Source: an uncultured Thermodesulfobacteriota bacterium
GTDB taxonomy: Bacteria; Desulfobacterota; BSN033; WVXP01
Assembly (NCBI GenBank): GCA_964347335.1
Contig: CAYFYO010000003.1
Span: 6,180-70,179, forward strand
Reading direction: 5' to 3'
DNA length: 64,000 nt
Both the position numbers and the translations under genes were made by a program. The notes under the pieces were generated by a model. That model was given only the letters and a program-made list of their open reading frames with translations. It made no database searches and was not told the DNA's origin. This document shows, piece by piece, positions 19,386 to 29,699 of the stretch (position 1 is its first letter; each line of letters starts with the position of its first letter).

Positions 19386-19470
19386 AGGAAAAAGGGGAAA
19401 GGAGCAAGGAGAACCCGAACAGACCTGAGTCCTCTCGCTTTATCCTTGAACCTCTATCCTCTGACCCATG
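19386..19470 (+). repeat. heptanucleotide-repeat element, short derivative (copy 2)
   Basis: ggaaaaaggggaaaggagcaagg...ctttatccttgaacctctatcctctgaccc matches both ends of copy 1 but lacks the long internal array; followed by GC hairpin cccgccgcaggcggg. Confidence 0.7.
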
Positions 19471-19644
19471 TTGGTGCCCCATCCCGCCGCAGGCGGGATC
19501 GCTCACGGACCATGGAGTTCACCAGAAACTAGGGAAACTTCGGTTTCACCTTTATTGATACTAAAGGGAGAGCCGCGAACTGTCGAAAAGACTGTTGGGG
19601 GATGAAGCAAGATTTTTCAGAGCACGAAGAGGGAAGGATTATCA

Positions 19645-22290
19645 TTGAGAAAGCGGACAATCAATCTTATCCTCTCCATCATCTGTCTCTTTTTCATATT
19701 TCTCACACTGACTCCTCTCCTGCTGAGCTACTATATGGGCCCTAAGCTCACGCGAAGGGTCTTAGAAGAGCAGATTGAACATCTTCTCCAAAAGAAGGTC
19801 GAGGTCGGGCAGTCGGGGATCAATATTTTCGGAGGATTTGGTGTCGAATACAAGAACGTCAGAATCGTCGGGACCGAGGGGGAGGAGTTCTTTCGAGCCG
19901 ATGCATTTGTGCTCAAGCCATGGATTCAGTCTCTCATACTGGGGAGACTGAGGTGGAAGAGTCTCATTCTGAAGAGCCCCTCGATTCGCGCCACCAGGTC
20001 GTCGGATGGGCGCATCGATTTCTACCACAAAGGAGGGAAAGGGCCAAAAGGCACGGGTACAGAAATCTTTCAAGGCCTCAAAGATATCGCGACCTTACTT
20101 CCCACTCGGATCATTATCCGAGGCGGGAGGATCAGTTTCACGGATTTGGCCGTTTCAGAAAAGCCCGTTGTGACAGAGATCGAAGCCGTGGAGCTATCAG
20201 CCGAGGACATCTCGTCTGCAAAGCCCTTGTCCTTTGAGCTTAGCGGTCGGTTCACGGGAGACCTGAAAGAGACGTTTGCCATCTCCGGTCAGATAAGCCT
20301 TCCAAGGGAGCCAAGCAATCCGAAACCAATGGAGTTTGCCATCTCTCTGAAAGCCGACGGGGTCAATTCACAGCGGATATGGCCGTATGTTCGCAAAGCC
20401 GCTCCTTTTCAAGAGATCGGCGGACGCTTGGATCTCAAGGTCAAGCACCGGGGAGGACTGAAGGCCTTCCACTCATCCGGGGAGATGGTCATCCGGAATG
20501 GCCGAATCGGTATCCCCTCACTTTACACGGCTCCTATCGAGCCCAGTGAGGTTGCGCTTGCCTACGATCTCGAATTTGGAAACGAAGAGATTTATGCCTC
20601 TTCTGTGAGTGTCCGCACACCAAGCGCTTCTTTCCACGGGACGGTCTTGATCGAAAAAAGCACCAGCCCTAATCCATATGTCTCCATCGACCTCAAGAGT
20701 GGGAGGAGCTCTCTCAAGGCGATCACACCTTTCTTGCCGGACAGGCTCGTCCCGAAAAAACTTCTCTCTTTTCTTACTGACGCTGGAATCCGGGGGTCCG
20801 TCGAGATCGAAGAGGCTCGTCTCGATGGACCCTGGGACAAGATCAATTCAGAGGGTCTCCATAAGAATCCTGAAATGCTCTCTCTCCGGATGCATATGGA
20901 TAAGTGGAGTTTTTTCCTCGATCCGAAATTTCCCATTCTTCGAAATGTTTCCGGAACTGTCACCGTGCGGGGAGATCAGGTCGCCATCGAGGGCTTTCAT
21001 GCGCAGTTCCTCCAGACACGACTCGTCGACTTGAGCGGGTCCATTTCCCGAGTCTTTTCCCGCCCTCGAATCGCATTGGCTTATGAGGCAGATGTTGATC
21101 TTAAGGGGCTCGCCTCTCTCCTGAAAGCGAACAAAACACCCGAGAAGATCCGAAGGGCCCTCGACCCGATCAGCAAGGTTTCCGGTCGGGCCAATATGGC
21201 TGGCACGATCCGATATCTGTTCAACAAGCCGACCGGCCTGACGTACAAGGGCAAAGTCACCCTCAAACGGGGCCGTCTGGCAATCGCCGGTATCCCTCCC
21301 TTAACGGATCTGGAGGGTGAAATTCGGTACGATGAAAAAGAGATCCTCCTGTCTCATCTCAAATGGAGGATCGGAAAGGGTGTCTACCAAGGGAAGGCTT
21401 CTATTCTCGGTTATTTGACAAAGCTCAAGAATAGACTCACCCTGTCCAAGAGAATGCGGATCTCCTTTGACCTGGGAGCCGAGGAAATTCACTTCGATCG
21501 TTTTTTCCCAGCAGGTCGAAAGAAGCGAGACATTCAGATCGACCCGAAATCGATCTGGGTAAATTCCACCGTTACGGGAAAAATGAGAATTTCCCGAGGC
21601 TGGCTCAGAGGGGTTCACCTGGGGAACCTGAAAGCGACTTTTGTCCTGAAGCGCGGCCTCCTGAGATTTAGGAGATTGCAGGCGGAGGCACCGGGAGGAT
21701 TCTTCAGATGCAGGGGATGGGTCAATCTGAGACGTAAACCAGGGTTATCTTTCAAGTTGATCCCGGAGATCCATCATTTGAGCATGACCGAGGTGATTCC
21801 CATATTTCTTGATCATCAGAAAGAACCAATGATAACTGGAAAACTAGATCTGGACGGAATCATCACGGGCCGCGGCGGCTCTGCTGAGGGGATCAGGAAG
21901 TCTCTCAGCGGAGATCTCCGGGTTCGCGTTGGGGAGGGTCGCATACACGGGCTTGAAGGGTTCAAAGGAGATGAGCTTTCTTACAATAGGGCAACCGGCC
22001 AGATCGCAATTCAAGGAGGAGTCGCCTCGACGAGAGACCTCTCCTTGGACAGCGATGCCATGAGCATGGCTATCAAGGGCCAGGCAGACCTGAATAACCA
22101 GAGGCTAGACCTCTCTATCGGGGTTCGTCCGCTTCAGAAAACGGATAAGGTCCTCAGCAACGTCCCCCTTGCCGGATGGCTTCTCGCCGGCAGGGATCGG
22201 AGCATTCTCACCTTTGGTTTCAGAGTCCGAGGCACATTCAATGAACTGCGCGTTGAACCTCGCGAGACTCGGACGGAGGAGAATCCGTAG
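19645..22290 (+). CDS. AsmA-family outer-membrane assembly protein
   Basis: N-terminal TM anchor, AsmA-like N-terminus (VEYKNVRI...KSPSIRATRSSDGRIDF), large beta-rich periplasmic body, 881 aa; TTG start. Confidence 0.7.
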   Translation: MRKRTINLILSIICLFFIFLTLTPLLLSYYMGPKLTRRVLEEQIEHLLQKKVEVGQSGINIFGGFGVEYKNVRIVGTEGEEFFRADAFVLKPWIQSLILGRLRWKSLILKSPSIRATRSSDGRIDFYHKGGKGPKGTGTEIFQGLKDIATLLPTRIIIRGGRISFTDLAVSEKPVVTEIEAVELSAEDISSAKPLSFELSGRFTGDLKETFAISGQISLPREPSNPKPMEFAISLKADGVNSQRIWPYVRKAAPFQEIGGRLDLKVKHRGGLKAFHSSGEMVIRNGRIGIPSLYTAPIEPSEVALAYDLEFGNEEIYASSVSVRTPSASFHGTVLIEKSTSPNPYVSIDLKSGRSSLKAITPFLPDRLVPKKLLSFLTDAGIRGSVEIEEARLDGPWDKINSEGLHKNPEMLSLRMHMDKWSFFLDPKFPILRNVSGTVTVRGDQVAIEGFHAQFLQTRLVDLSGSISRVFSRPRIALAYEADVDLKGLASLLKANKTPEKIRRALDPISKVSGRANMAGTIRYLFNKPTGLTYKGKVTLKRGRLAIAGIPPLTDLEGEIRYDEKEILLSHLKWRIGKGVYQGKASILGYLTKLKNRLTLSKRMRISFDLGAEEIHFDRFFPAGRKKRDIQIDPKSIWVNSTVTGKMRISRGWLRGVHLGNLKATFVLKRGLLRFRRLQAEAPGGFFRCRGWVNLRRKPGLSFKLIPEIHHLSMTEVIPIFLDHQKEPMITGKLDLDGIITGRGGSAEGIRKSLSGDLRVRVGEGRIHGLEGFKGDELSYNRATGQIAIQGGVASTRDLSLDSDAMSMAIKGQADLNNQRLDLSIGVRPLQKTDKVLSNVPLAGWLLAGRDRSILTFGFRVRGTFNELRVEPRETRTEENP

Positions 22291-22748
22291 GTCCATGAGT
22301 TCTGAGAGGCTTTGCGTCCAGTGCCGATCATCCCGCATCCCTCTTCCTCGCCCCTGTGAGACTGTCACCAGGTCCGAGGCGATGTAGTTTGGCGATCCTC
22401 TGTCTCTGGAGACTCTCGAGCGGCCCAGCCGACCTTCTGTAAAGGCACTCAAGCAAATCATGAGAAAAAAAAGGCGGAATGGACCGGATCTCCTTCAAAT
22501 GGTCATACCGTTCCGATGGGCAAGTCCCGCTCATTTGCTTATCGATGGTAAGGGTTTCCCCAAAAGTGCCCCACCCGATCAAGAATTTGGTATGCTGGGT
22601 TATGAGTTCACCCATGGGAACGGACCGTACCTCTAGCCGAAGGTTCGTCCGAATTCCATGTTTGCCTTGACTTAGGCCATATATTGACGTATATGCATTA
22701 ACAAATACAATATATGGGCTATCCACCTCCCTCAGGGATTCGATTCGC

Positions 22749-23468
22749 ATGGAGGAAAAAAGGGATTCCAGAAGCACCACAGAGAAAGAAAAGCTCCTTC
22801 GGAAAATAGCGCGTCTCCGGAGGGAGAACGAGGAACTCAAGCGAGGACTGAAGGAACTGCAAGAACTCAAAGACCATTATCGCGAAACGATGCGGGAACT
22901 GAAAGCTGCCAAGGAGAGAATGAAGCAACTTTCGATAACGGACGACATGACCGAGACCTACAACTATCGTTATTTCGTGGATTCCTTGGAACTCGAGTTA
23001 AGACGGGCCGAGCGATATGAATATCCGATCTCTCTCATGATGTTAGATATCGACCATTTTAAGCTTTACAATGATACCCACGGACATGTTGCAGGAGATA
23101 AGGTTCTGCGAGAGGTTGCAAGGGTGATTAAAGAAACGGTTCGGCACACGGACCTCTTGGCTCGTTATGGAGGAGAAGAGTTCGGCGTGATTTTGATTAA
23201 GACCAATCTGGCTGAGGCGTGTCAGGTCGCTGAGCGAGTCAGACAAGCCGTTGAGGATTCAGGTTTTGACTACGAGGACACGCAGCCGGCCGGCCGTTTG
23301 ACCGTGAGTGTCGGAGTGAGTGCTTTGTGTTCTCAGGGTTCCTCGGTCAAGCAACTCATCAAAGCGGCTGACGACGCCCTATATGAGGCGAAAAGAACAG
23401 GAAGAAACCGCGTGGCTACCAGTCAGAAAGCCAATTCGGAAGTGCCCAAGTCGGCTTGTGGGGGGTGA
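22749..23468 (+). CDS. GGDEF-domain diguanylate cyclase with N-terminal coiled coil
   Basis: RYGGEEFGVIL active-site motif; N-terminal charged heptad coiled coil. Confidence 0.85.
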   Translation: MEEKRDSRSTTEKEKLLRKIARLRRENEELKRGLKELQELKDHYRETMRELKAAKERMKQLSITDDMTETYNYRYFVDSLELELRRAERYEYPISLMMLDIDHFKLYNDTHGHVAGDKVLREVARVIKETVRHTDLLARYGGEEFGVILIKTNLAEACQVAERVRQAVEDSGFDYEDTQPAGRLTVSVGVSALCSQGSSVKQLIKAADDALYEAKRTGRNRVATSQKANSEVPKSACGG

Positions 23469-23917
23469 AACTGATAAAACCAAAGACAGCAATCGTACCT
23501 GTCACTGCGGGAATTATTATCAAGGACAAGAAGGTTCTCGTGGTTCAGAGAAAGCCGGCTTCCAGTCGCGGGCTCCTGTGGGAGTTTCCAGGTGGAAAAA
23601 TCGAAGAGGGCGAAGATCCTCGAAAATGCCTCAAGAGGGAGATCAATGAGGAATTGGGAATCGAAGTCGATGTTGGGGAAAGATTTGAGATCGTATATCA
23701 CCAATACGAGGACGTGAGAATTCTACTCCTCAGCTACCTATGCCAGTTGGTCCGGGGACATCCTCAGGCGATGGATTGTCACATGTTCAAATGGATCACG
23801 GTGAAGGGGCTGAGAGAACTACCCATGACAGAGGCCGATATCCCTCTCAGAAACGCGATCTGCATCGAAGGTAGCCTTTTCCAATCGCCTCCGATGAGGC
23901 GGGTCCATCACTCATAG
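23456..23917 (+). CDS. Nudix hydrolase (MutT-like)
   Basis: Nudix box GGKIEEGEDPRKCLKREINEELGI; alternative GTG start at 23465 gives a GTGA overlap with the GGDEF stop. Confidence 0.8.
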   Translation: MWGVKLIKPKTAIVPVTAGIIIKDKKVLVVQRKPASSRGLLWEFPGGKIEEGEDPRKCLKREINEELGIEVDVGERFEIVYHQYEDVRILLLSYLCQLVRGHPQAMDCHMFKWITVKGLRELPMTEADIPLRNAICIEGSLFQSPPMRRVHHS

Positions 23918-24029
23918 TCGCCCTCCCACACCCTCACATCCGTGGCGTTATCCCTGATCAGATTGTATTTGGAAGGACCCCTGAAAACCTTAAGCGTGAA
24001 AGACTTCTGGGGATTTTCCCCAGTTTTGT

Positions 24030-24300
24030 GGACGCTCATGTCCCCGAGGGACGTTTGCGGAAGCGGTGGGATTCTCAGAAAGACTGGAGACCGGAGACTG
24101 GAGACGAGAGACTAGAGATTAAAGACTGGAGACGAGAGACTACAGATTAAAGGCTAGCGGCTAAAGGCTAAGGCCAAATAGCCAATAACCAATACCCAAT
24201 GACCGATAACAAATAACTGATGACCAGTAACAAGTAACCAATAACAAACGCTCGTTAGGAGTGCATTTCCTTGAACCTTTTGCCCTTTTCCTTGATCCTG
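24030..24300 (-). repeat. intergenic heptanucleotide tandem-repeat element, inverted copy 3
   Basis: On the plus strand about 25 phased 7-mers (cggagac|tggagac|gagagac|...|caataac|...) are the reverse-complement classes of copy 1; flank gtccccgagggacgtttgcggaag is the reverse-complement homolog of the copy-1 3' flank. Confidence 0.8.
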
Positions 24301-24708
24301 CGAGAGCAGAGTCTGTGAGCCCCGAGAGGGTCAACGCGAGAGCAAGGGAGCGAAGGGATATGGGCGTTCCATCTGAAGATCCAAGATTCTTTGAAGCATC
24401 AAGAGGTTAGAAACTTCTTGCTTTGAAAACTCAGGAAACTCCAAAAGGCTTCTTCGTTGACAACGCCTTCCAAAATCGTTACCCTTGAATTCCAGGGAGG
24501 GCATAATCATGTCAGAGGCCGCGGCTTTGCCATATGACCTGGCCCTCCAGGATACCAAGAAGTGTCATCCTTCCCTATTGGAACCGCCTTCTAGGCGCAT
24601 ATCCCGATCCCCCCCTGGAAAAACTCAGCCACGAGGTGAGGACTCTTCGGATCCATGCATGAGAATCATCCCTGGAGGGTGAAGCGTATTGAGAAGAGCA
24701 AGGGAAGA

Positions 24709-26322
24709 ACGATGAAGAAAATGATGCTAATCAATGCGGCCCAGACCGGCGAATGTCGGGTGGCCATTCTGGAAGATGGAAACCTCGTGCAGCTCAACAT
24801 AGAAACGAGCGGACGAGAGAAATCGAAGGGCAACATATATCACGGCATTGTCACTCACGTCGAGCCGAGTTTCCAGGCCGCCTTCGTTGACTATGGTGGA
24901 AGACGTCATGGTTTTCTCTCCATGTCTGAAATGAATCCCCAAAATTTCGACAAACCGGCTGAAGCGAAAGAGAAACTCCGAATCGAACACTTATTGAAGC
25001 GAGGGCAAAAAATCCCCGTCCAGGTGATAAAGGAAGAGACATCGAACAAGGGGGCAGCGCTGACGACCTATATCTCCCTTCCGGGAAGGTACCTCGTTTT
25101 GATGCCAGGAAGCAAGAGCCATGGCGTGTCTCGGAAGATCGGAGACGAAAAACGGCGAGCAAGGCTTAAGGAGATTGTCAAAGACTTCAAATTGCCTGAG
25201 GGGATGGGCTTTATCGTTCGAACAGCAGGTGTGGACGAGAGCAAAAGGGAACTTTTCAGGGACTGCTCATACCTGTTACGACTGTGGGAAAGTATACAGG
25301 CAAAAATGCAAGAAATCCCCGCACCTTCGCTGCTTTATCAGGAGAGCCATGTCCTTATACAGTCCATCCGAGAGTATTTCACTACGGACATGGAGGTTCT
25401 CGTAGATGACAAAGAAGCCTATCGCGAGGTTAAAGATTTCTTTCGGCAGTTGATGGCTCAATACCAGCGAAGGGTAAAACTCTATCAAGACAAAAGGCCC
25501 CTTTTTGCCGCATTCAACCTGGAAGAGCAGATCGAGGCCATCTACGCTCGCGAAGTTCCTCTGAGATCGGGCGGAAGCATCTCCATCGATCCCACCGAGG
25601 CACTTGTCTCTATCGATGTGAACTCTGGGAGACTCGGAAAGTCCAAGAGCATTGAACAGACAGCCCTCAACACGAATCTGGAGGCGGCAGAGGAAATCGC
25701 CCGACAATTGCGGTTGAGAGATCTGGGTGGGCTCATCGTCATCGATTTCATCGATATGAAGGACCGGAAACACAACATGGAGGTGGAACGCTGCCTTCGC
25801 AATGGGTTAAAGAAGGACAAGGCCAAGACGGATATCTCCCGGATTTCGAAATTTGGGCTCTTAGAGATGTCTCGACAGAGACTCAAGACCCCCCTGGCCG
25901 AAGAGAGCTACAAAGTTTGCTCCTATTGTCGCGGTCGGGGGAGGGTAAAATCCACAGAGTCCGTGGCGCTCGTGGTCTTGCGGAAGATCCTCGAAAGGGT
26001 CATTGAGGGGAACGTGGCCCTCGTCAAAGGGGCGTTCTCAAGGCCCGTGGCGACACACCTTCTCAACCGTAAGCGAAGAGAGATCGCCGAAATCGAAAGG
26101 GAGTTTCATCTTCAAATCTGGTTTACCAGTCAGTGGGAAATGGCCCCAGATGAATACGACCTCGAGTTTCTGACCCGTGAGGAACTCGAAAGGCTCGAGG
26201 AGGGAGAAATCGAAAAGGAAAGGCACCCCCTCGGTTCCAAGTCAATCCCAATACCCTCTTTGCCAAGGTTTGAGGATGATGCGGTCAAGAAACCCTGGTA
26301 TCTAAAGATCCTCAGGCGATGA
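24709..26322 (+). CDS. ribonuclease E/G family protein (second paralog)
   Basis: S1 domain and catalytic-domain homology to Rne/Rng (GNIYHGIVTHVEPSFQAAFVDYG); AAGGGA RBS before ATG 24709; preceded by a roughly 400-nt leader. Confidence 0.85.
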   Translation, partial: TMKKMMLINAAQTGECRVAILEDGNLVQLNIETSGREKSKGNIYHGIVTHVEPSFQAAFVDYGGRRHGFLSMSEMNPQNFDKPAEAKEKLRIEHLLKRGQKIPVQVIKEETSNKGAALTTYISLPGRYLVLMPGSKSHGVSRKIGDEKRRARLKEIVKDFKLPEGMGFIVRTAGVDESKRELFRDCSYLLRLWESIQAKMQEIPAPSLLYQESHVLIQSIREYFTTDMEVLVDDKEAYREVKDFFRQLMAQYQRRVKLYQDKRPLFAAFNLEEQIEAIYAREVPLRSGGSISIDPTEALVSIDVNSGRLGKSKSIEQTALNTNLEAAEEIARQLRLRDLGGLIVIDFIDMKDRKHNMEVERCLRNGLKKDKAKTDISRISKFGLLEMSRQRLKTPLAEESYKVCSYCRGRGRVKSTESVALVVLRKILERVIEGNVALVKGAFSRPVATHLLNRKRREIAEIEREFHLQIWFTSQWEMAPDEYDLEFLTREELERLEEGEIEKERHPLGSKSIPIPSLPRFEDDAVKKPWYLKILRR

Positions 26323-26429
26323 CCCCCATGGCAAGGTGCGCTGGGGTATCAATCCAAACATAGGATCGTCATAGGAGGTAAAACCGCGTTCCGCCGGCTG
26401 AATCCGCGAAGCGGAAGGAGGTCAATTTC

Positions 26430-27533
26430 ATGTCCCTTTATCCGGACTTGCAAAGGAGAATCCAAGAAGCTGAGGCAGAGGAGGCCATTGAGATTCTGCA
26501 CAGCCTTTGGGAACAGGGAATTGATACAAACAGCCTCACTGCCTGTTTAGTCGAACCGGCTGCGGCGAGTCTTCAACTGCGGTTTGACACTCCTCACGCC
26601 ATGATCTGTCTCGATTCACTCTTGCAGCTCCTTGATCTCATTCCCCCTCCGGATCGTCTCTATTTTCTCGAATGGTTCGTCCGGTACCTTTCGGGTCTCC
26701 CCAAACTCTTCCTTGATTTTAAGGAGACGGAAAAGATCGGCACCCTGGGGGTCAAGGACGCCAGAAAAGGATACGCCCGTTCTCTTCTGGAGCATAAGGT
26801 CAACAACGCCTACTATTATGCCATCCGCTTCGTCGAGGAAAGGGGACTCGAGAGTTTTATCCACCATTGCCTCGAAATTGCAGCCCATGAAGTGGACTTC
26901 CTCGGACATGTTTTCATTTATTCGCACACTTTGGGCAGACTCTGCCGTAATGTTGATCCAAAGGTGGCAAAGACCCTGATTTTTCAGCTCACAGAGTTTC
27001 TCGCCCGCAGGGCTCAAGTCGGGACGGAGGTTTCCCGGAAAGAGGGTCGGGAGGTGGACAGCTTGATTCCGATTGCCTTCGAAAGAATCAACATCTTGGG
27101 ACACAATACGATCTTTGCCCATAAGATCAACCAGGCGGTTGATCACTTAGAAGGCCGATATGTCGAGCATCTCTGTTCTCAGCTGATTCGAAATATCGAG
27201 AACTCACCTGATCGGTTTTCTCGCGATGATATGGATGAAATGGTCGCGGGAATTCGAGATGACACGAGAGATCCACTGGGAGCCCTGAGGAAAAGTCTTA
27301 CCCGAGGAAACAGTCGACAGAGTATCTATTACTGCCGTCGCTATCTGGAAGATTTTGGACTCACCGGCGAATTTTCCTCAACGCTCGTGAGGTTTCTCGC
27401 AGCCAAGGACCCAGTGCAGCCGCATTATATAATCTTCCCACAGGCCGTCTTTGACTTGGCCCAATCCGTAGATCAGCCAAATATCGAACTCGCCCTGTCG
27501 AGAGTTATCCGAATGATCTGCGGTCAGGATTGA
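26430..27533 (+). CDS. hypothetical protein
   Basis: 367-aa all-alpha-looking ORF with RBS GGAAGGAGG; no family recognised. Confidence 0.5.
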   Translation: MSLYPDLQRRIQEAEAEEAIEILHSLWEQGIDTNSLTACLVEPAAASLQLRFDTPHAMICLDSLLQLLDLIPPPDRLYFLEWFVRYLSGLPKLFLDFKETEKIGTLGVKDARKGYARSLLEHKVNNAYYYAIRFVEERGLESFIHHCLEIAAHEVDFLGHVFIYSHTLGRLCRNVDPKVAKTLIFQLTEFLARRAQVGTEVSRKEGREVDSLIPIAFERINILGHNTIFAHKINQAVDHLEGRYVEHLCSQLIRNIENSPDRFSRDDMDEMVAGIRDDTRDPLGALRKSLTRGNSRQSIYYCRRYLEDFGLTGEFSSTLVRFLAAKDPVQPHYIIFPQAVFDLAQSVDQPNIELALSRVIRMICGQD

Positions 27534-27788
27534 TGCCTCTCGGCAGGAGTCAATGATCAGACGTGAGAAGTCAGAATGAAATGAGAAGATCTCGTAGATT
27601 GTTTTAACCGAGTCTCTTTCCGATTCCGTGTGGGAATCTCGTGATCGTATGTTCTTCGAAAAGATCCAAGAGATCTTGATACCCAGAAGATCCACGCATC
27701 GGATGAAAGCGCTGTCGGATTCGCCCGATGCATTTTCTAGACTTATTCTGCGGACCGACTCCTGGTCTCTGGCTCTAGACCCGATTAT

Positions 27789-29057
27789 CTATCCCATGTT
27801 TTCGATAACTCGATCTGCAAATTCGGAGCATTTCACCTGACTGGCCCCACTCATTTGACGGGCGAGATCATAAGTCACCACCTTCTCTCGGACGGTCCTC
27901 TCCAGGGCCTTCTGAATGATGTGAGCTGCCTCATCCCAACCGAGATACTCGAACATCATGGCACCAGAGAGAATGAGGGATCCCGGATTGACCACGTCCT
28001 GACCCGCATACTTCGGGGCTGTTCCGTGGGTTGCCTCAAAAACCGCGTGTTTGTCGCCCACGTTACCGCCCGGGGCCATACCGATGCCGCCGACTTGCGC
28101 AGCGAGGGCGTCTGACAAGTAGTCGCCGTTCAAATTCGGCATGGCCAGCACCGAGTATTCCTCCGGCCTCAGGAGAACCTGTTGAAACATGGCATCGGCG
28201 ATCCTGTCTTTAATAACGACCTCTCCCCTGGGCCGATCCTCTCCAGATCCTTCGAGAATCCGTTCTTCTGTTATCGTTTGCTCAGGGAATTCGTCTTTCG
28301 CGACCTCATAACCCCATACCTTGAAAGCCCCCTCAGTGTATTTCATGATGTTCCCTTTGTGGACGAGGGTTACACTTTCCCGCTTCGTGTCGATCGCATA
28401 GCGGATCGCCTTTCGAACCAAACGTTTTGAACAGAAAGCACTCATCGGTTTCACGCCAATTCCTGAGTCGGGTCTTATCTTCTGGCCCATTTCTCGAGTC
28501 AGGAAATCGATGACCCGTCTTGCCTCCTCGGTACCCTCCCCCCACTCTATGCCTGCGTAGAGATCCTCTGTGTTCTCTCTGAAAACCACCATGTCAACCA
28601 AATCAGGATTCTTCACGGGACTGGGAACGCCAGGAATGTGCCTCACGGGTCTAATACAGGCATAAAGATCCAGTGCCTGTCTGATGGCAACATTAAGACT
28701 CCGCAAGCCTCTGCCAACAGGGGTCGTCAGAGGGCCTTTGATGGCCACTCGGAACCGCCTGATTTTGTCAACCGTTTCTCGAGGAAGCCATGTCCTCTGG
28801 GTATCGAATGCCTTCTGGCCGGCGAGAAGTTCGAGCCAGACAACTCTTCTCCGACCCTGGTAAGCCCGCGCGACAGCCGCATCGAAAACGCGAACAGAAG
28901 CTCTCCAGATTTCCGGCCCAACGCCATCACCCTCGATGAACGGAATGATCGGATCGTCGGGAGTCATCATCCGACCATCCAGACCAAAGCCCATAGGATG
29001 ACCCTTTGAAAACCCTCCCACCACGGTTCTCCTCCATTTTCTCATCTCGAAAGTCAT
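27789..29057 (-). CDS. icd: isocitrate dehydrogenase (NADP)
   Basis: Collinear with E. coli Icd ([48 protein letters not shown]). Confidence 0.9.
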   Translation of the reverse strand: MTFEMRKWRRTVVGGFSKGHPMGFGLDGRMMTPDDPIIPFIEGDGVGPEIWRASVRVFDAAVARAYQGRRRVVWLELLAGQKAFDTQRTWLPRETVDKIRRFRVAIKGPLTTPVGRGLRSLNVAIRQALDLYACIRPVRHIPGVPSPVKNPDLVDMVVFRENTEDLYAGIEWGEGTEEARRVIDFLTREMGQKIRPDSGIGVKPMSAFCSKRLVRKAIRYAIDTKRESVTLVHKGNIMKYTEGAFKVWGYEVAKDEFPEQTITEERILEGSGEDRPRGEVVIKDRIADAMFQQVLLRPEEYSVLAMPNLNGDYLSDALAAQVGGIGMAPGGNVGDKHAVFEATHGTAPKYAGQDVVNPGSLILSGAMMFEYLGWDEAAHIIQKALERTVREKVVTYDLARQMSGASQVKCSEFADRVIENMG

Positions 29058-29699
29058 CGCCCTTAGGCGAGCTTTCGCGGTGATAGTTATTACAAAAAAC
29101 CCTCGAAAAAATCAATGATCAATGGATGAGGAGTTAGCCCGTTCTTCAATGCAGCGTTGGCCTATGATTTTGATTTTGTTCAAAAATCCAATTTGCGAAG
29201 TGGATTCTCCCATCCCTTCGCTCCCACGCTCTCACGGTGACCCTATGGCGGTTCGCAGGTGGGGAAAGCCTCCCCCTTCCTGCTCACACGCGGCGGGTAC
29301 CCCACCGCTTCCGCTGACGCCGCTCAGGAATAAGAGAATCCGCCACAACTGAGGAAGGTGCTCCCATACTCCTGGTTGACCTCCGAATTTCTGGGACAAC
29401 TCCTCTCGATGGGTCCGAATATCCACAGCCCAGATTCGGAACATCCGAAAATAATATCGGAAATAGTGGATCTGCGGATCTGGAGTTCACCAACATGGTT
29501 CTGGGAGAATATTTTGAAATGTGATTGACTCGAACCGAGAAACCTGGAATCATAATGAATCCAGGACACCCTTGCTGCCCTCAGTGACAATCGAATGAGT
29601 TCCATGAATTCCACCGGGCCAAGCGGCTACCTCGGGGCTTAAGAACCCCTCGGGCAGTTTTCGTCTCAGTCAACATGCTCGGAGGAGGAGAGACCCTCT

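Noticed and set aside
19212-19532. 106-aa ORF downstream of comF
   Set aside because: It spans the repeat-element copy 2 and hairpin, has low-complexity Arg/Ser-rich composition and no RBS. Judged non-coding.
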